Below are positions 10,042 to 20,394 of a stretch of 64,000 nt of DNA, piece by piece; position 1 is the first letter of the stretch; every line of letters starts with the position of its first letter. The stretch spans positions 11,470 through 75,469 of the forward strand of contig JAZSAJ010000046.1 in the NCBI GenBank assembly GCA_045601805.1, read 5' to 3'. Source of the stretch: Acutalibacteraceae bacterium (lineage in GTDB: Bacteria > Bacillota > Clostridia > Oscillospirales > Acutalibacteraceae). Both the position numbers and the translations under genes were made by a program. The notes beneath the pieces are model-generated. The model did not search any database. It was not told where the DNA came from and was given only the letters and a program-made list of their open reading frames with translations.

Positions 10042-11770
10042 TTTCTTCACCTCCGCTTGTTTGCTGTGCATAAACTTCTTTGTAAATTTCGCTTGTTTCA
10101 AGAAGTTCTTCGTGTGTTCCTGCGGCGCTTATTTTACCGCCGTCTAACACCAAAATTAAATCGGAATCTTGAACCGATGAAATTCTTTGGGCAATAATAA
10201 TTTTTGTGGTTTCGGGCAAATATTCTTTAAGCCGTGTGCGAATTAACATATCGGTTTTTGTGTCAACCGCGCTTGTAGAATCGTCAAGAATAAGAATTTT
10301 TGGCTTTTTAAGCAAAGCCCTTGCAATACAAAGGCGCTGTTTTTGGCCGCCCGAAACATTAGTGCCGCCTTGTTCAATTTTGGTTTCATAACCGTTTTCA
10401 AAGCCCATAACAAAATCGTGTGCTTCGGCAATACGGCAGGCATTAACCATTTCCTCTTCGGTTGCGTTTTGGTTGCCCCAACGCAAATTATCGCTAATGG
10501 TACCCGAAAACAAAACATTTTTTTGTAGCACCATTGAAACGGCATTTCTAAGCGAAGTTAAATCATATTCTTTAACATCAATTCCGCCAACCTTAACACT
10601 TCCTTTGGTTGCGTCGTATAAACGGGGAATAAGTTGCACCAATGTAGATTTACTTGAACCCGTACCGCCAATGATTCCAACTGTCATACCCGATTTTATT
10701 GAAACATTAATATTGCTTAAAGCCGGTTTCTTTGCCTTTTGGTTGTAACTGAAAGAAACATTTTTAAATTCAATAGAACCGTCTTTAACTTCGTGTATTC
10801 CGTTTTCTTTGCTAACAAGCGAAGAAGTTTCCAATAATACTTCGCTAATGCGCTTCATAGATTCGCTTGAAATAGTAAGCATAACATAAATCATTGAAAG
10901 CATCATAAGTTGCATAAGAATTTGCATACCGTAAGTAAGCATTGCCGAAATTTGACCAACATCAATAAAACGCTCTGCAATAATAAGTTTAGAACCAACC
11001 GTTAGTACAAAAAGCATATTAAAGTAAATGCAAATTTGCATTAAAGGGGAATTAAGCGCAACAATTCGTTCGGCTTTTGTAAAGTCAACCCTAATGTTTT
11101 CGGCATCTTTGTTAAATTTTTCTTTTTCATAATCTTCCCTTGCAAAACCTTTAACAACCCTAATACCGCGCACATTTTCTTCAATAGATTCGTTTAAGCG
11201 GTCGTACTTTTTAAAAACACGGCTAAATGCAGGCATTGCAAAACGGCTTATTAAAAACAAGCCAAATGCTAAAAAGGGAATCATAATAACAAATGATGCC
11301 GCAAGTTTTCCGGCCATGGTAAATGCCATAACAATAGAAAAAACAAGCATTAACGGTGCCCTTACCGCTGTTCTTATAATCATTAAATAAGCCATTTGAA
11401 CATGGGTAATATCGGTTGTAAGGCGTGTAACAAGAGAAGCGGAAGAAAACTTGTCTATGTTACTAAAACCAAAACCTTGCACTTGTTTAAATACATCGTA
11501 ACGCAAATTTTTTGCAAAACCGGCACTTGCTTTTGCGCTTGTAAAACCTGCCGCTGCACCGCAACAAAGCGATAACATTGCCATTAAAACAAGGGTAAGA
11601 CCGGGTTTTAAAATGTCTGATAGCACCATATTTTCGCCAATGCTGTTTACAAGACGTGCAGTAATGGTGGGAATAAGTGCTTCAATTGCTGCTTCCAACA
11701 GCAAAAACAAAAATGTTAGCAAAGTGGGTAGTTTGTATTCGCGAATACAACCCAAGAATTTTTTAAACAT
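10034..11770 (-). CDS. ABC transporter ATP-binding/permease protein (partner half-transporter)
   Basis: 578 aa. TMD plus NBD (GGTGSSKST, VSGGQKQR, ILILDDSTSAVD). Translationally coupled to the downstream paralogue, which suggests a heterodimeric exporter. Confidence 0.9.
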   Translation of the reverse strand: MFKKFLGCIREYKLPTLLTFLFLLLEAAIEALIPTITARLVNSIGENMVLSDILKPGLTLVLMAMLSLCCGAAAGFTSAKASAGFAKNLRYDVFKQVQGFGFSNIDKFSSASLVTRLTTDITHVQMAYLMIIRTAVRAPLMLVFSIVMAFTMAGKLAASFVIMIPFLAFGLFLISRFAMPAFSRVFKKYDRLNESIEENVRGIRVVKGFAREDYEKEKFNKDAENIRVDFTKAERIVALNSPLMQICIYFNMLFVLTVGSKLIIAERFIDVGQISAMLTYGMQILMQLMMLSMIYVMLTISSESMKRISEVLLETSSLVSKENGIHEVKDGSIEFKNVSFSYNQKAKKPALSNINVSIKSGMTVGIIGGTGSSKSTLVQLIPRLYDATKGSVKVGGIDVKEYDLTSLRNAVSMVLQKNVLFSGTISDNLRWGNQNATEEEMVNACRIAEAHDFVMGFENGYETKIEQGGTNVSGGQKQRLCIARALLKKPKILILDDSTSAVDTKTDMLIRTRLKEYLPETTKIIIAQRISSVQDSDLILVLDGGKISAAGTHEELLETSEIYKEVYAQQTSGGEENA

Positions 11771-11865
11771 TATGTAAAATTCTTCCTTTCAAAAGTACAT
11801 CTAAATAAATATTATATACTTTAAATTAGCTTAAATCAATAGCCATAGAAAATTTTTACATTTTG

Positions 11866-12207
11866 TTAAAAAAAACTTCTCACCTTTAACTGTTCGCTTT
11901 CTTTTAGGTGTATTATCTTTAATTTAAGTTCTTGAAGTTCAGAATAAAAATGGGCGGAATCTTCTTCTTTGTTAAGCGCTGAAATTCTTGCAAAACTTTC
12001 CTCTATTTCCTCAACAAAACTGCGGTTTGCAAAAAAGCAAAACAGGTTTTCGTTTTTTAAAAACATTTCTTTTGCTTCATCAATTTGGCTTTCTTGTTCA
12101 AGTAATGTTAAAAGTTTGTTGCAACGGTTTTTTGTAATTAAAGCCGAAGAAACACAAGCGGTAATTAAAAAAACAAATACCACAGCCGCCGCAATTAAAC
12201 GCTTCAT
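11866..12207 (-). CDS. DUF4363-like membrane-anchored protein
   Basis: 113 aa with an N-terminal TM/signal anchor. Abuts the stop of the DUF421 gene, the usual DUF421-DUF4363 pairing in Clostridia. Confidence 0.6.
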   Translation of the reverse strand: MKRLIAAAVVFVFLITACVSSALITKNRCNKLLTLLEQESQIDEAKEMFLKNENLFCFFANRSFVEEIEESFARISALNKEEDSAHFYSELQELKLKIIHLKESEQLKVRSFF

Positions 12208-12888
12208 TTAAAAATTCTCCTTTAATACAACTGTTTTACTTCCGTTTTGGTCTAATGTCATTAAAAAAATATTTTTTTCGCTTTTTTCACCCGAAATTTC
12301 AACAATTTTTTTCTTTGTTAAATTAAGGGCTTTTATTGAATCTTCAATAAAAATACCGTCGCTTATAACGGGTAGGGGCATATATGGCTTTTTCTCTTTT
12401 ACTTTGGGTAAATCGCCAACTTCTAACGGCTTTTTATACGCTTTTGGTATAACACTTAAATTACCGTTTACTTCCAAAATTGCCCACGCCACTTCGCTTG
12501 TATCAAAATACCCTTGCGAACGCAAAAGTTCAACCAGTTCAATAACTGTAATTCTAACCTTTTTCATGGCTTTTTGGTCAATAACACCGTTTTTAATTAT
12601 TAAAATACTGCTGCCGTTTAAAACATTCCTAAGCGAAGCAAATTTCATTACAAGCACCGAAATTACAATTTCTAAAAATACAAGCAAAAACACCGCCAAA
12701 ATACCGTTTAAAATTGGTTGGCTTGAATCTTGTAAAGGAATAGCCGCAATTTCGGAAATAAGCAAAGTAATAACCAATTCGTTTGGTTGCATATCGCCAA
12801 TTTGGCGTTTTCCCATAAGGCGAATTGCTAATGTTACAAAAAAATAAAGCACGGCTGTGCGAATCAAAGTAGATATCACAAAAATCAC
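12208..12888 (-). CDS. DUF421 (YetF-like) membrane protein
   Basis: 226 aa, GTG start. RLMGKRQIGDMQPNELVITLLISE is the family signature. Confidence 0.75.
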   Translation of the reverse strand: MIFVISTLIRTAVLYFFVTLAIRLMGKRQIGDMQPNELVITLLISEIAAIPLQDSSQPILNGILAVFLLVFLEIVISVLVMKFASLRNVLNGSSILIIKNGVIDQKAMKKVRITVIELVELLRSQGYFDTSEVAWAILEVNGNLSVIPKAYKKPLEVGDLPKVKEKKPYMPLPVISDGIFIEDSIKALNLTKKKIVEISGEKSEKNIFLMTLDQNGSKTVVLKENF

Positions 12889-12907
12889 CGTGCTTATTTT
12901 TTACTAA

Positions 12908-13537
12908 TTATTTAGAATTATGTATGTTATACGATAAAGTCATAAGTTGGTCGCCAAAATGAACATTTTCAACAACAATATCGGGGTAATTAAGCGCCAA
13001 ATCGTAATGGCTGAAGTTTAAAAAACCTTTTATACCAAGTTTTACAAGTTTATAGGCAATTTCTTTTGCCGAATCTTCCGAAATGCAAAGCACTGCGGCT
13101 TGGGGGTGGTATTCTTTGCAAAAATCGTCAATTGTGTTAATGTTTCTAACAGGGAAACCTTTAACATTTTGGCCAATAATTGTTTCTTTGTTGTCAAAAA
13201 GACCAACAAGTTCATAACCCTTTTTAGAAAAATCAATATGGTTAGTAATTGCTTTTCCAAGGTTGCCAATACCAATTATAACAAGTTTTTTGTGTTCGTT
13301 AATATGCAAAATCTTGCCAATCTCTTCTTTAAGGTAAGAAATATTATACCCGTAACCTTGTTGGCCAAAACCACCAAAACAGTTAAGGTCTTGCCTTATT
13401 TGACTTGCGGTTATGCCCATTTTTTTAGCAAGGGCAGCCGAAGAAATACGGCTAACATTGTTGGCTTCAAGATTTTCTAAAAAACGGTAGTACCGAGGAA
13501 GTCGTTTAATAACAGAGGGAGAAATATAATCACTCAT
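12908..13537 (-). CDS. rex: Redox-sensing transcriptional repressor Rex
   Basis: 209 aa. RLPRYYRFL, ISSAALAKKMGITASQIRQDLNCFGGFGQQGYGY and the Rossmann motif IIGIGNLG. Confidence 0.9.
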   Translation of the reverse strand: MSDYISPSVIKRLPRYYRFLENLEANNVSRISSAALAKKMGITASQIRQDLNCFGGFGQQGYGYNISYLKEEIGKILHINEHKKLVIIGIGNLGKAITNHIDFSKKGYELVGLFDNKETIIGQNVKGFPVRNINTIDDFCKEYHPQAAVLCISEDSAKEIAYKLVKLGIKGFLNFSHYDLALNYPDIVVENVHFGDQLMTLSYNIHNSK

Positions 13538-13667
13538 CAGTTTTCACCTCAAAACAAAATTTCTACAAATATATAATACACTAAATGTAACAATTTTGTC
13601 AATAACAGTAGATAAATTAACAAATATATGTTAAAATAGGGTGTAAACGAAAGCGAGGTGAAAAAAG

Positions 13668-15764
13668 ATGAAACTTATAATTGCCGAAAAACCCAGTCTT
13701 GCGCGTAATATTTCTGCCGCTATTGGAAACTTAAGGCGGTGCGACGGTTATTTTGAGGGAGAGGGGTATATTGTTTCTTGGGCGTTTGGTCATCTTTTTT
13801 CGCTTTGTGATATTGAAGATTATGTCACGAACCCTTTGGGCAGATGGACAATGGAAAATTTGCCCTGTTTTCCAAATGAATTTAAGTTCAAATTGCGTAA
13901 AGATGCAAAAACCAACCAACCGGATTCGGGCGTTAAAAGGCAGTTTGATATTATTAGCGCTTTGTGTAACCGAAACGATGTTGACGCAATTATAAACGCG
14001 GGCGACGCCGACCGCGAAGGTGAAATTATTGTTCGCCTTTGCGTAAAGTATGCCCTAAAAAGCCAAAAACCGTTTTTGCGCCTTTGGCTGCCCGACCAAA
14101 CTGCCGAAACTGTTAGACAGGCACTTAGCGAAATGAAAGACGAAAGCGAATATGAAAACCTTGCAAACGAGGGCTTTGCAAGAACTTATATTGATTGGCT
14201 TTACGGTGTAAACCTTACAAGGTATTGCACACTTAAAACAGGCGTTTTGCTTCGCGTGGGCAGGGTAATTGTGCCCATTGTAAAGGCAATTTACGACCGC
14301 GATTTAGCAATAAGAAACTTTGTGCCCGATATTTACTATGCCATTACAAGTAATGAAGAAACAAACGGCGAAACAGTTGAACTAAACAGCAAAAAGAAGT
14401 TTAGCAAAGAAGAACTTAATAAGGCAAAAGCGCTTTGCGAACAATATAATTCACTTACTGCCGTTGTTAGCGATAAAAAGACCAAAAAAGATACGCTAAA
14501 CCCCGGTAAACTTTATTCGCTTTCAAAACTTCAAAATGTTCTTGGCAAAAAATATAAAATGTCTATGGATGAAAGTTTAAAACTTATTCAGGGGCTTTAC
14601 GAAAAGGGTTATTTAACCTACCCAAGAACAAATTCAGAATATTTGGCAACCGCCGAAAAAGGCAAAATTTCTAAAATAATAGATAACTTTAAAGCCATAG
14701 GGTATCCTGTGGTTATGAAAGATAAAAAAACTATTTTTGATGACAGCAAAATTGAATCGCATTCGGCACTAACCCCAACTTATAAAGTGCCTAAAAAAGA
14801 TTCTTTAACCGAAGAAGAATTTAAGGTATACCAAACGGTTGTGCGCCGTTTTGTAGCGGTTTTTTGCAGCGAAGAATGTATTGCCGAAAAAACCGAAATT
14901 AAAATTAAGGTGGGTGACGCAGAAGAGTTTACCTTAAAGGGCACCGTTATATTAAAGCCGGGTTGGACGCGCTTTGACGACAGCACGGCAAAGAACAAAA
15001 TTTTACCCAACCTTAATATTGGAGATACCGTTAATATAAATTTTGCGCCAAAGGAAAAAGAAACTTCACCGCCCAAACATTACACCATTGAAACCCTTAA
15101 TAATTACCTTAAAAACCCTTTCCGTGAAGAAAAGGCGGCAGCGGCAGAAAGCGAAAACGAAGACGATGCCGAAGAATACCGCGCAATGTTTGAAGGGCTT
15201 GAACTTGGAACCGAAGCCACAAGAACTTCAATTATTGATAACGCCATAAAAAGCCGTTATATTTCGCTTCAAAAGGATGTTTATAAAATACTGCCCGAAG
15301 GCGAATATTTTATAGAATCTCTTGTTCGGCTTGGTATAAATATGGATAAATATAAAACAAGTACGCTTGGAAAGGCGCTTAAAAGCGTTTTTAAAAAGGA
15401 AATGACGGTTGATGATAGCGTTAATATTGCAAAAGGCGAAATAAGCGAAGTATTTAACCGAAAACCTATGTCCCTTGAAACTGATACCGATATGGGCTTT
15501 TATATGGATATTGTTGGTAACTGCCCAATTTGTAAAAGGGAAGTAGTGCGTAATAAATACGGCTATGGTTGCACAGGTTATAAAGAGGGTTGTAGTTTTA
15601 AAGTTTCGGGCGTTATTTGCGGCAGGGTAATATCGGCGGCAAATGTTAAACTTTTATTAGCAAACGGCGAAACCGCCCAAATAAATGGTTTTATTTCCAA
15701 AAACAACAAAGAATTTAATGCCAAATTACAGTTAAAAGAGGGCAAAGCAGTATTTAAATTTTAA
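13668..15764 (+). CDS. topB: DNA topoisomerase III
   Basis: 698 aa. TOPRIM MKLIIAEKPS..DADREGE, active-site region GYLTYPRTNSEYL, C-terminal Cys4 zinc ribbon CPICK..CTGYKEGC. Confidence 0.9.
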   Translation: MKLIIAEKPSLARNISAAIGNLRRCDGYFEGEGYIVSWAFGHLFSLCDIEDYVTNPLGRWTMENLPCFPNEFKFKLRKDAKTNQPDSGVKRQFDIISALCNRNDVDAIINAGDADREGEIIVRLCVKYALKSQKPFLRLWLPDQTAETVRQALSEMKDESEYENLANEGFARTYIDWLYGVNLTRYCTLKTGVLLRVGRVIVPIVKAIYDRDLAIRNFVPDIYYAITSNEETNGETVELNSKKKFSKEELNKAKALCEQYNSLTAVVSDKKTKKDTLNPGKLYSLSKLQNVLGKKYKMSMDESLKLIQGLYEKGYLTYPRTNSEYLATAEKGKISKIIDNFKAIGYPVVMKDKKTIFDDSKIESHSALTPTYKVPKKDSLTEEEFKVYQTVVRRFVAVFCSEECIAEKTEIKIKVGDAEEFTLKGTVILKPGWTRFDDSTAKNKILPNLNIGDTVNINFAPKEKETSPPKHYTIETLNNYLKNPFREEKAAAAESENEDDAEEYRAMFEGLELGTEATRTSIIDNAIKSRYISLQKDVYKILPEGEYFIESLVRLGINMDKYKTSTLGKALKSVFKKEMTVDDSVNIAKGEISEVFNRKPMSLETDTDMGFYMDIVGNCPICKREVVRNKYGYGCTGYKEGCSFKVSGVICGRVISAANVKLLLANGETAQINGFISKNNKEFNAKLQLKEGKAVFKF

Positions 15765-15780
15765 AAAGGGAAGTGTTATT

Positions 15781-16563
15781 TTGAAAAAGAAATGGGTTTA
15801 TAACTCTTTAATAGTTGCTTTTTCACTTGTGTTTGTTTTTTGTATTTATAAAATTGCATCTTATTATATTCAACTCGGCACCACAAACAAGGTTAAAGAG
15901 GGACTTATTGACGAGGTTGTTTCTTACGAAAAAACCGATAGCCAAATTAATAATGAACAACCAAAGGAAGAAGAAAAAGGGTATTACCATGCGCCAATAC
16001 CAAAAAGTATAAATTTTAACAGTTTAAAAGCAAAAAACCAAGAAGTTGTTGCTTGGATATTTAACGAAAACGGCATAATTAACTACCCTGTTATGCATAC
16101 CGATAATAACCAATACTATTTAAACCATTTAATTGACGGCAGACAAAATGTAAACGGTTCAATTTATATAGATTTTCGCAACAAAGGCGATTTTACCGAT
16201 TATAACACTATTTTTTATGGTCACAGCATGAAAAACGGCACAATGTTTGCTTCGCTTCTGCGTTACCGAAACCACAGTTATTATGCAGAATATCCATACT
16301 TTTATTTGTATACACCGCAAATGAATTACAGGGTTGAAATTATTTCGGCGTATGAAACCAATGTTGAAGATTTAATTTACAATACCGTAACAAACGAAGC
16401 ACAGCATAAATCTTTAATTTCCCATGTGCTTGCTCGTTCGCGCTATAATACAAATGTTGCGGTAAACGAAGCCGATACGCTGGTTACTTTTTCAACCTGC
16501 GCCTATTCAAGCGATAACGCAAGGTTTGTTGTTGTGGGAAAACTTTGCCCATTGGAAGAATAA
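15781..16563 (+). CDS. srtB: Class B sortase
   Basis: 260 aa, TTG start 16 nt after topB. N-terminal TM anchor, YGHSMKNGTMFASLLRY and catalytic TFSTCAY motifs. Confidence 0.85.
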   Translation: MKKKWVYNSLIVAFSLVFVFCIYKIASYYIQLGTTNKVKEGLIDEVVSYEKTDSQINNEQPKEEEKGYYHAPIPKSINFNSLKAKNQEVVAWIFNENGIINYPVMHTDNNQYYLNHLIDGRQNVNGSIYIDFRNKGDFTDYNTIFYGHSMKNGTMFASLLRYRNHSYYAEYPYFYLYTPQMNYRVEIISAYETNVEDLIYNTVTNEAQHKSLISHVLARSRYNTNVAVNEADTLVTFSTCAYSSDNARFVVVGKLCPLEE

Positions 16564-16604
16564 TGTTGATTTTTTAAAAGAGATATGATAATATATTAAA
16601 GTAA

Positions 16605-16837
16605 TTTAAAAACTGTGACGGAGAGAGTAGCTTTTTTACGAAATTCAAAGCGAGCCGAAGTTGGTGTAAGTTCGGCAAAAGTAGTAAATTAACGAAAATC
16701 ACTCCTGAGTTGTAGGCCGAAGCATTTTTGTTTAAGCTGTGCCGGTTGTTCACCGTTATATGAACCGCATATGTTAGTATACGTAATAGGTGGTAACGAA
16801 TAACTTACGGCTTTCGTCCTATTAGTAGGGCGAAGGC
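16605..16837 (+). promoter_or_regulatory. T-box leader (Ile specifier) with terminator
   Basis: GGAGAGAGUAG stem I start. AUC followed by A in GAAAAUCAC. T-box motif AAUAGGUGGUAACGAAU (about 16776-16792). The terminator is ACGGCUUUCGUCCU/AGGGCGAAGGCCGU plus U7 (16797-16837). Confidence 0.85.
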
Positions 16838-16864
16838 CGTTTTTTTAAGAAAGGGTGTACTTTT

Positions 16865-19800
16865 ATGTATAAAAGTGTGTCAACAAATCTTAATTTTGTA
16901 GAAGAAGAAAAGAAAATTGAAAAATTTTGGAGTGACAACCAAATTTTTGAAAAAAGCATAGAACAGCGCAAAGACGGCGAACCCTATGTTTTTTACGACG
17001 GTCCTCCAACCGCAAACGGTAAACCGCATATTGGCCATGTGCTAACCCGTGTTATTAAAGATATGATTCCGCGTTACCGCACAATGAAAGGTTGTATGGT
17101 GCCAAGAAAAGCGGGCTGGGACACCCATGGTTTGCCTGTTGAACTTGAAGTTGAAAAGAAACTCGGAATTGACGGCAAAGAACAAATTGAAAAATACGGC
17201 CTTGCCGAATTTATTTCTCACTGTAAAGAAAGCGTTTGGCAGTATAAAGGTATGTGGGAAGATTTTTCCAAAACCGTTGGCTTTTGGGCCGATATGAATG
17301 ACCCTTATGTTACCTACGATAATAACTTTATTGAATCTGAATGGTGGGCACTTAAAGAAATTTACCAAAAAAATCTTCTTTACAAGGGATTTAAAATTGT
17401 TCCTTATTGCCCCCGTTGCGGAACCCCGCTTTCTTCTCACGAAGTAGCACAGGGCTATAAAGCAGTAAAAGAACGCTCTGCAGTTGTTCGTTTTAAGGTT
17501 GTGGGTGAAGACGCTTATTTCCTTGCTTGGACAACAACACCCTGGACTTTACCGTCAAACACCGCGCTTTGCGTAAACCCCGGTGAAGAATATGTTAAAG
17601 TTTTGGCAGCCGACGGCTATACCTATTATTTGGCGTCTGCCCTTGCCGATACAGTGCTCTCTGAACTTGCTACTGAAGAAAAACCGGCATATACGGTGCT
17701 TAACACCTATAAAGGCACAGACCTTGAACATAAAGAATATGAACCGCTTTATAAGTGCAGCGGCGATGTTGCCGAAAAGCAGCAAAAGAAAGCGCATTTT
17801 GTTACTTGCGACACTTATGTAACAATGAGCGACGGTACAGGTATTGTTCACATTGCCCCTGCGTTTGGTGAAGACGACGCCAATGTTGGCAGAAAGTACG
17901 ATTTACCCTTTATTCAGTTTGTAGATGCAAAGGGTAATATGACAGAAGAAACACCTTTTGCCGGCCTTTTTGTAAAAGATGCCGACCCGAAGGTACTTGT
18001 TGACCTTGACAGCCGAAAACTTCTTTTCAGCGCACCCAAATTTGAACACGATTATCCGTTCTGTTGGCGTTGTGATACACCGCTTATTTACTATGCAAGG
18101 GAATCTTGGTTTATTAAAATGACTGCGGTGCGCGACGACCTTATTAAAAATAACAACACAGTAAACTGGATACCCGAAAGCATTGGCAAAGGCCGTTTTG
18201 GTGATTGGCTTACCAATGTTCAAGATTGGGGGCTTTCCCGTAATCGTTATTGGGGTACACCTCTTAACATTTGGGAATGTGAATGCGGCCATCGCCACGC
18301 TGTCGGCAGTATTGAAGAACTAAAAAGTATGTCTGATAACTGCCCCGATGATATTGAACTTCACCGCCCGTTTATAGATGCTGTTACAATTAAATGTCCT
18401 GTTTGCGCTAAGCAAATGAAACGCGTTCCCGAAGTTATTGACTGTTGGTTTGATTCGGGCTCAATGCCTTTTGCACAGCATCATTATCCCTTTGAAAATA
18501 AAGAAAAATTTGAAGCCGAATTCCCCGCAAACTTTATTTCGGAAGCGGTTGACCAAACTCGCGGTTGGGTCTATTCGCTTCTTGCAATTTCCACTTTGCT
18601 GTTTAATAAAGCACCATATAAAAATGTAATTGTTTTGGGCCATGTGCAAGATGAATTCGGCCAGAAAATGAGTAAATCAAAGGGCAACGCGGTTGACCCG
18701 TTTGAAGCGCTGGAAACTTACGGTGCCGATGCAATTCGTTGGTATTTTTACACCAACTCTGCGCCTTGGCTTCCTAACCGTTTCCACGGCAAAGCAGTAG
18801 TTGAAGGTCAACGCAAGTTTATGGGCACACTTTGGAACACCTATGCGTTTTATGTGCTTTATGCAAACATTGATAAGTTTGACCCAACAAAATACAATAT
18901 TGATGAATGTCACCTTTCGGTTATGGACCGTTGGCTTATTTCCCGTCTTAATTCAACCGTTAAAGAGGTTGATGATAATTTAGGCAAATACCGTATTCCC
19001 GAAGCCGCAAGGGCACTGCAAGATTTTGTAGATGAATTAAGTAACTGGTATGTGCGCCGTTCGCGTGAACGCTATTGGGCAACCGAAATGAATGACGACA
19101 AAATTGCGGCATATATGACACTTTATACTGCCCTTGTTGTAACTGCAAAGGCAGCCGCGCCAATGATTCCGTTTATGGCTGAAAGCATTTACTTAAACCT
19201 TGTTGGAAGTGTAGATAAAACTGCACCCGAAAGTATTCACCTCTGCCTTTTCCCGTGTGTAGAGGAAGATAAAATTGACCAAAAACTTGAACAAGATATG
19301 AAAGCAGTGCTTGATATTGTTGTTTTGGGTCGCGCTGCGCGTAACGGTTCTAACCGTAAAAACCGTCAGCCGCTTTCTAAAATGTATGTAAAATACGACG
19401 GTGATTTGGGCGAAGAGTATCTTAACATTATTAAAGAAGAACTTAACCTTAAAGAAGTTTGCTTTGCAGATGATAGTTTAGAACTTGTTGAATATGCATT
19501 TAAACCGCAACTTCGTACCGTTGGACCTAAATACGGCAAACAACTTGGCAAAATAAAAGAAGCACTTGCAGGTCTTAATTCAAGCGCAAAGGCAGAACTT
19601 GATAAAAATGGCAAACTTGTGTTTGATTTTGGTGACGGTTTAGTAGAACTAACCGCCGAAGATTTGCTTATTGAAACAACCCAAAAAGACGGTCTATTCT
19701 CGGTAAGCGATAATGGTATAAGCGTAACACTTGATACCGTGCTTACAGATGAACTTATTGAAGAGGGCTTTGTTCGCGAAATTATAAGCAAAATTCAAAC

Positions 19801-20017
19801 AATGCGTAAAGAGGCAGACTTTAATGTTATGGACAACATAACAGTATGTTTTGTTGGAAGTCAAAAGGTTAAAGATTACGCAAATAAAAACTTTGACGAA
19901 ATTTCGCGCGATACTCTTGCAAACACTATTAACACCGAAAACTTAATTGACGGCGCTTACACAAAAGAGTGGGATATTAACGGCGAAAAAATTACAATTG
20001 GCGTAAAAAGAGTATAA
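16865..20017 (+). CDS. ileS: Isoleucine--tRNA ligase (long, type 2-like)
   Basis: 1050 aa. Has the HIGH motif (PHIGHV), KMSKS (KMSKSKGN) and the CP1 editing domain. Confidence 0.95.
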   Translation: MYKSVSTNLNFVEEEKKIEKFWSDNQIFEKSIEQRKDGEPYVFYDGPPTANGKPHIGHVLTRVIKDMIPRYRTMKGCMVPRKAGWDTHGLPVELEVEKKLGIDGKEQIEKYGLAEFISHCKESVWQYKGMWEDFSKTVGFWADMNDPYVTYDNNFIESEWWALKEIYQKNLLYKGFKIVPYCPRCGTPLSSHEVAQGYKAVKERSAVVRFKVVGEDAYFLAWTTTPWTLPSNTALCVNPGEEYVKVLAADGYTYYLASALADTVLSELATEEKPAYTVLNTYKGTDLEHKEYEPLYKCSGDVAEKQQKKAHFVTCDTYVTMSDGTGIVHIAPAFGEDDANVGRKYDLPFIQFVDAKGNMTEETPFAGLFVKDADPKVLVDLDSRKLLFSAPKFEHDYPFCWRCDTPLIYYARESWFIKMTAVRDDLIKNNNTVNWIPESIGKGRFGDWLTNVQDWGLSRNRYWGTPLNIWECECGHRHAVGSIEELKSMSDNCPDDIELHRPFIDAVTIKCPVCAKQMKRVPEVIDCWFDSGSMPFAQHHYPFENKEKFEAEFPANFISEAVDQTRGWVYSLLAISTLLFNKAPYKNVIVLGHVQDEFGQKMSKSKGNAVDPFEALETYGADAIRWYFYTNSAPWLPNRFHGKAVVEGQRKFMGTLWNTYAFYVLYANIDKFDPTKYNIDECHLSVMDRWLISRLNSTVKEVDDNLGKYRIPEAARALQDFVDELSNWYVRRSRERYWATEMNDDKIAAYMTLYTALVVTAKAAAPMIPFMAESIYLNLVGSVDKTAPESIHLCLFPCVEEDKIDQKLEQDMKAVLDIVVLGRAARNGSNRKNRQPLSKMYVKYDGDLGEEYLNIIKEELNLKEVCFADDSLELVEYAFKPQLRTVGPKYGKQLGKIKEALAGLNSSAKAELDKNGKLVFDFGDGLVELTAEDLLIETTQKDGLFSVSDNGISVTLDTVLTDELIEEGFVREIISKIQTMRKEADFNVMDNITVCFVGSQKVKDYANKNFDEISRDTLANTINTENLIDGAYTKEWDINGEKITIGVKRV

Positions 20018-20023
20018 ATAAAA

Positions 20024-20053
20024 ATCGGAGTTATCCGTTTGGATAACGCCGAT
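20024..20053. terminator. Bidirectional terminator hairpin
   Basis: 13-bp stem with one mismatch (ATCGGAGTTATCC/GGATAACGCCGAT) and a GTTT loop. T-rich runs on both strands, between convergent ileS and the PspC-domain gene. Confidence 0.65.
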
Positions 20054-20070
20054 TTAATTTTTAAAGAAGT

Positions 20071-20271
20071 TTAATTTAAAATATTGTCTTCTTCTTCGGG
20101 AATAACAAGTGCGCAAATAATATATGCTAAAATACCGCTTCCGCCAAGAATACAAAAGAACACCCAAGCCAAGCGAACTAATGTAGGGTCAATTCCAAAA
20201 TAATCGCCAATACCTGCGCAAACGCCTGCTAATTTTTTATTGGTTTTAGACCTATATAACTTTTTATTCAT
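20071..20271 (-). CDS. PspC domain-containing small membrane protein
   Basis: 66 aa. LYRSKTNKKLAGVCAGIGDYFGIDPTLVRLAWV is the PspC domain, followed by one TM helix. Confidence 0.8.
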   Translation of the reverse strand: MNKKLYRSKTNKKLAGVCAGIGDYFGIDPTLVRLAWVFFCILGGSGILAYIICALVIPEEEDNILN

Positions 20272-20394
20272 ATAAATTCCCCCTGTCTAATACTATATTA
20301 TCATAAAATTTGCTTTATTGCAAAATAAATCTTTACAAACCAATAAAAAAAGTTTAAAATTAACTTGCAAAAAACAAAAAAAGGACTGTTTTTT

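Noticed and set aside
10042-10101. N-terminal extension of the second ABC transporter ORF (track start 10101)
   Set aside because: It would overlap the upstream paralogue by 68 nt. ATG 10041 has a GGAGGTG SD and the classic ATGCCTAG stop/start overlap.
13617-13634. Palindrome TTAACA-N6-TGTTAA upstream of topB and divergent from rex, considered as a Rex operator
   Set aside because: The half-sites are in the opposite order and spacing to the Rex consensus (TTGTGAA/TTGTTAA-N-TTCACAA/TTAACAA). AT-rich palindromes of this size are common by chance here.
19366-19791. 141-aa minus-strand Ser-rich ORF
   Set aside because: It lies antisense within ileS. The same reasoning applies to 58624-59082 (antisense to ffh), 28625-28927 (antisense to ytfJ), 12404-12847 (antisense to the DUF421 gene), 17042-17440 and 17903-18298 (antisense to ileS), and 35351-35749 (antisense to addA).
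20365-20394. TTG-initiated 10-codon N-terminal extension of the GH20 ORF
   Set aside because: There is no SD upstream of the TTG. ATG 20395 has an AAAGGA 8 nt upstream and gives a normal N-terminus. Similar track-start extensions were trimmed for tspO, DUF1846, rluB, secG, gap, trmD, the SBP and both flavoprotein genes.
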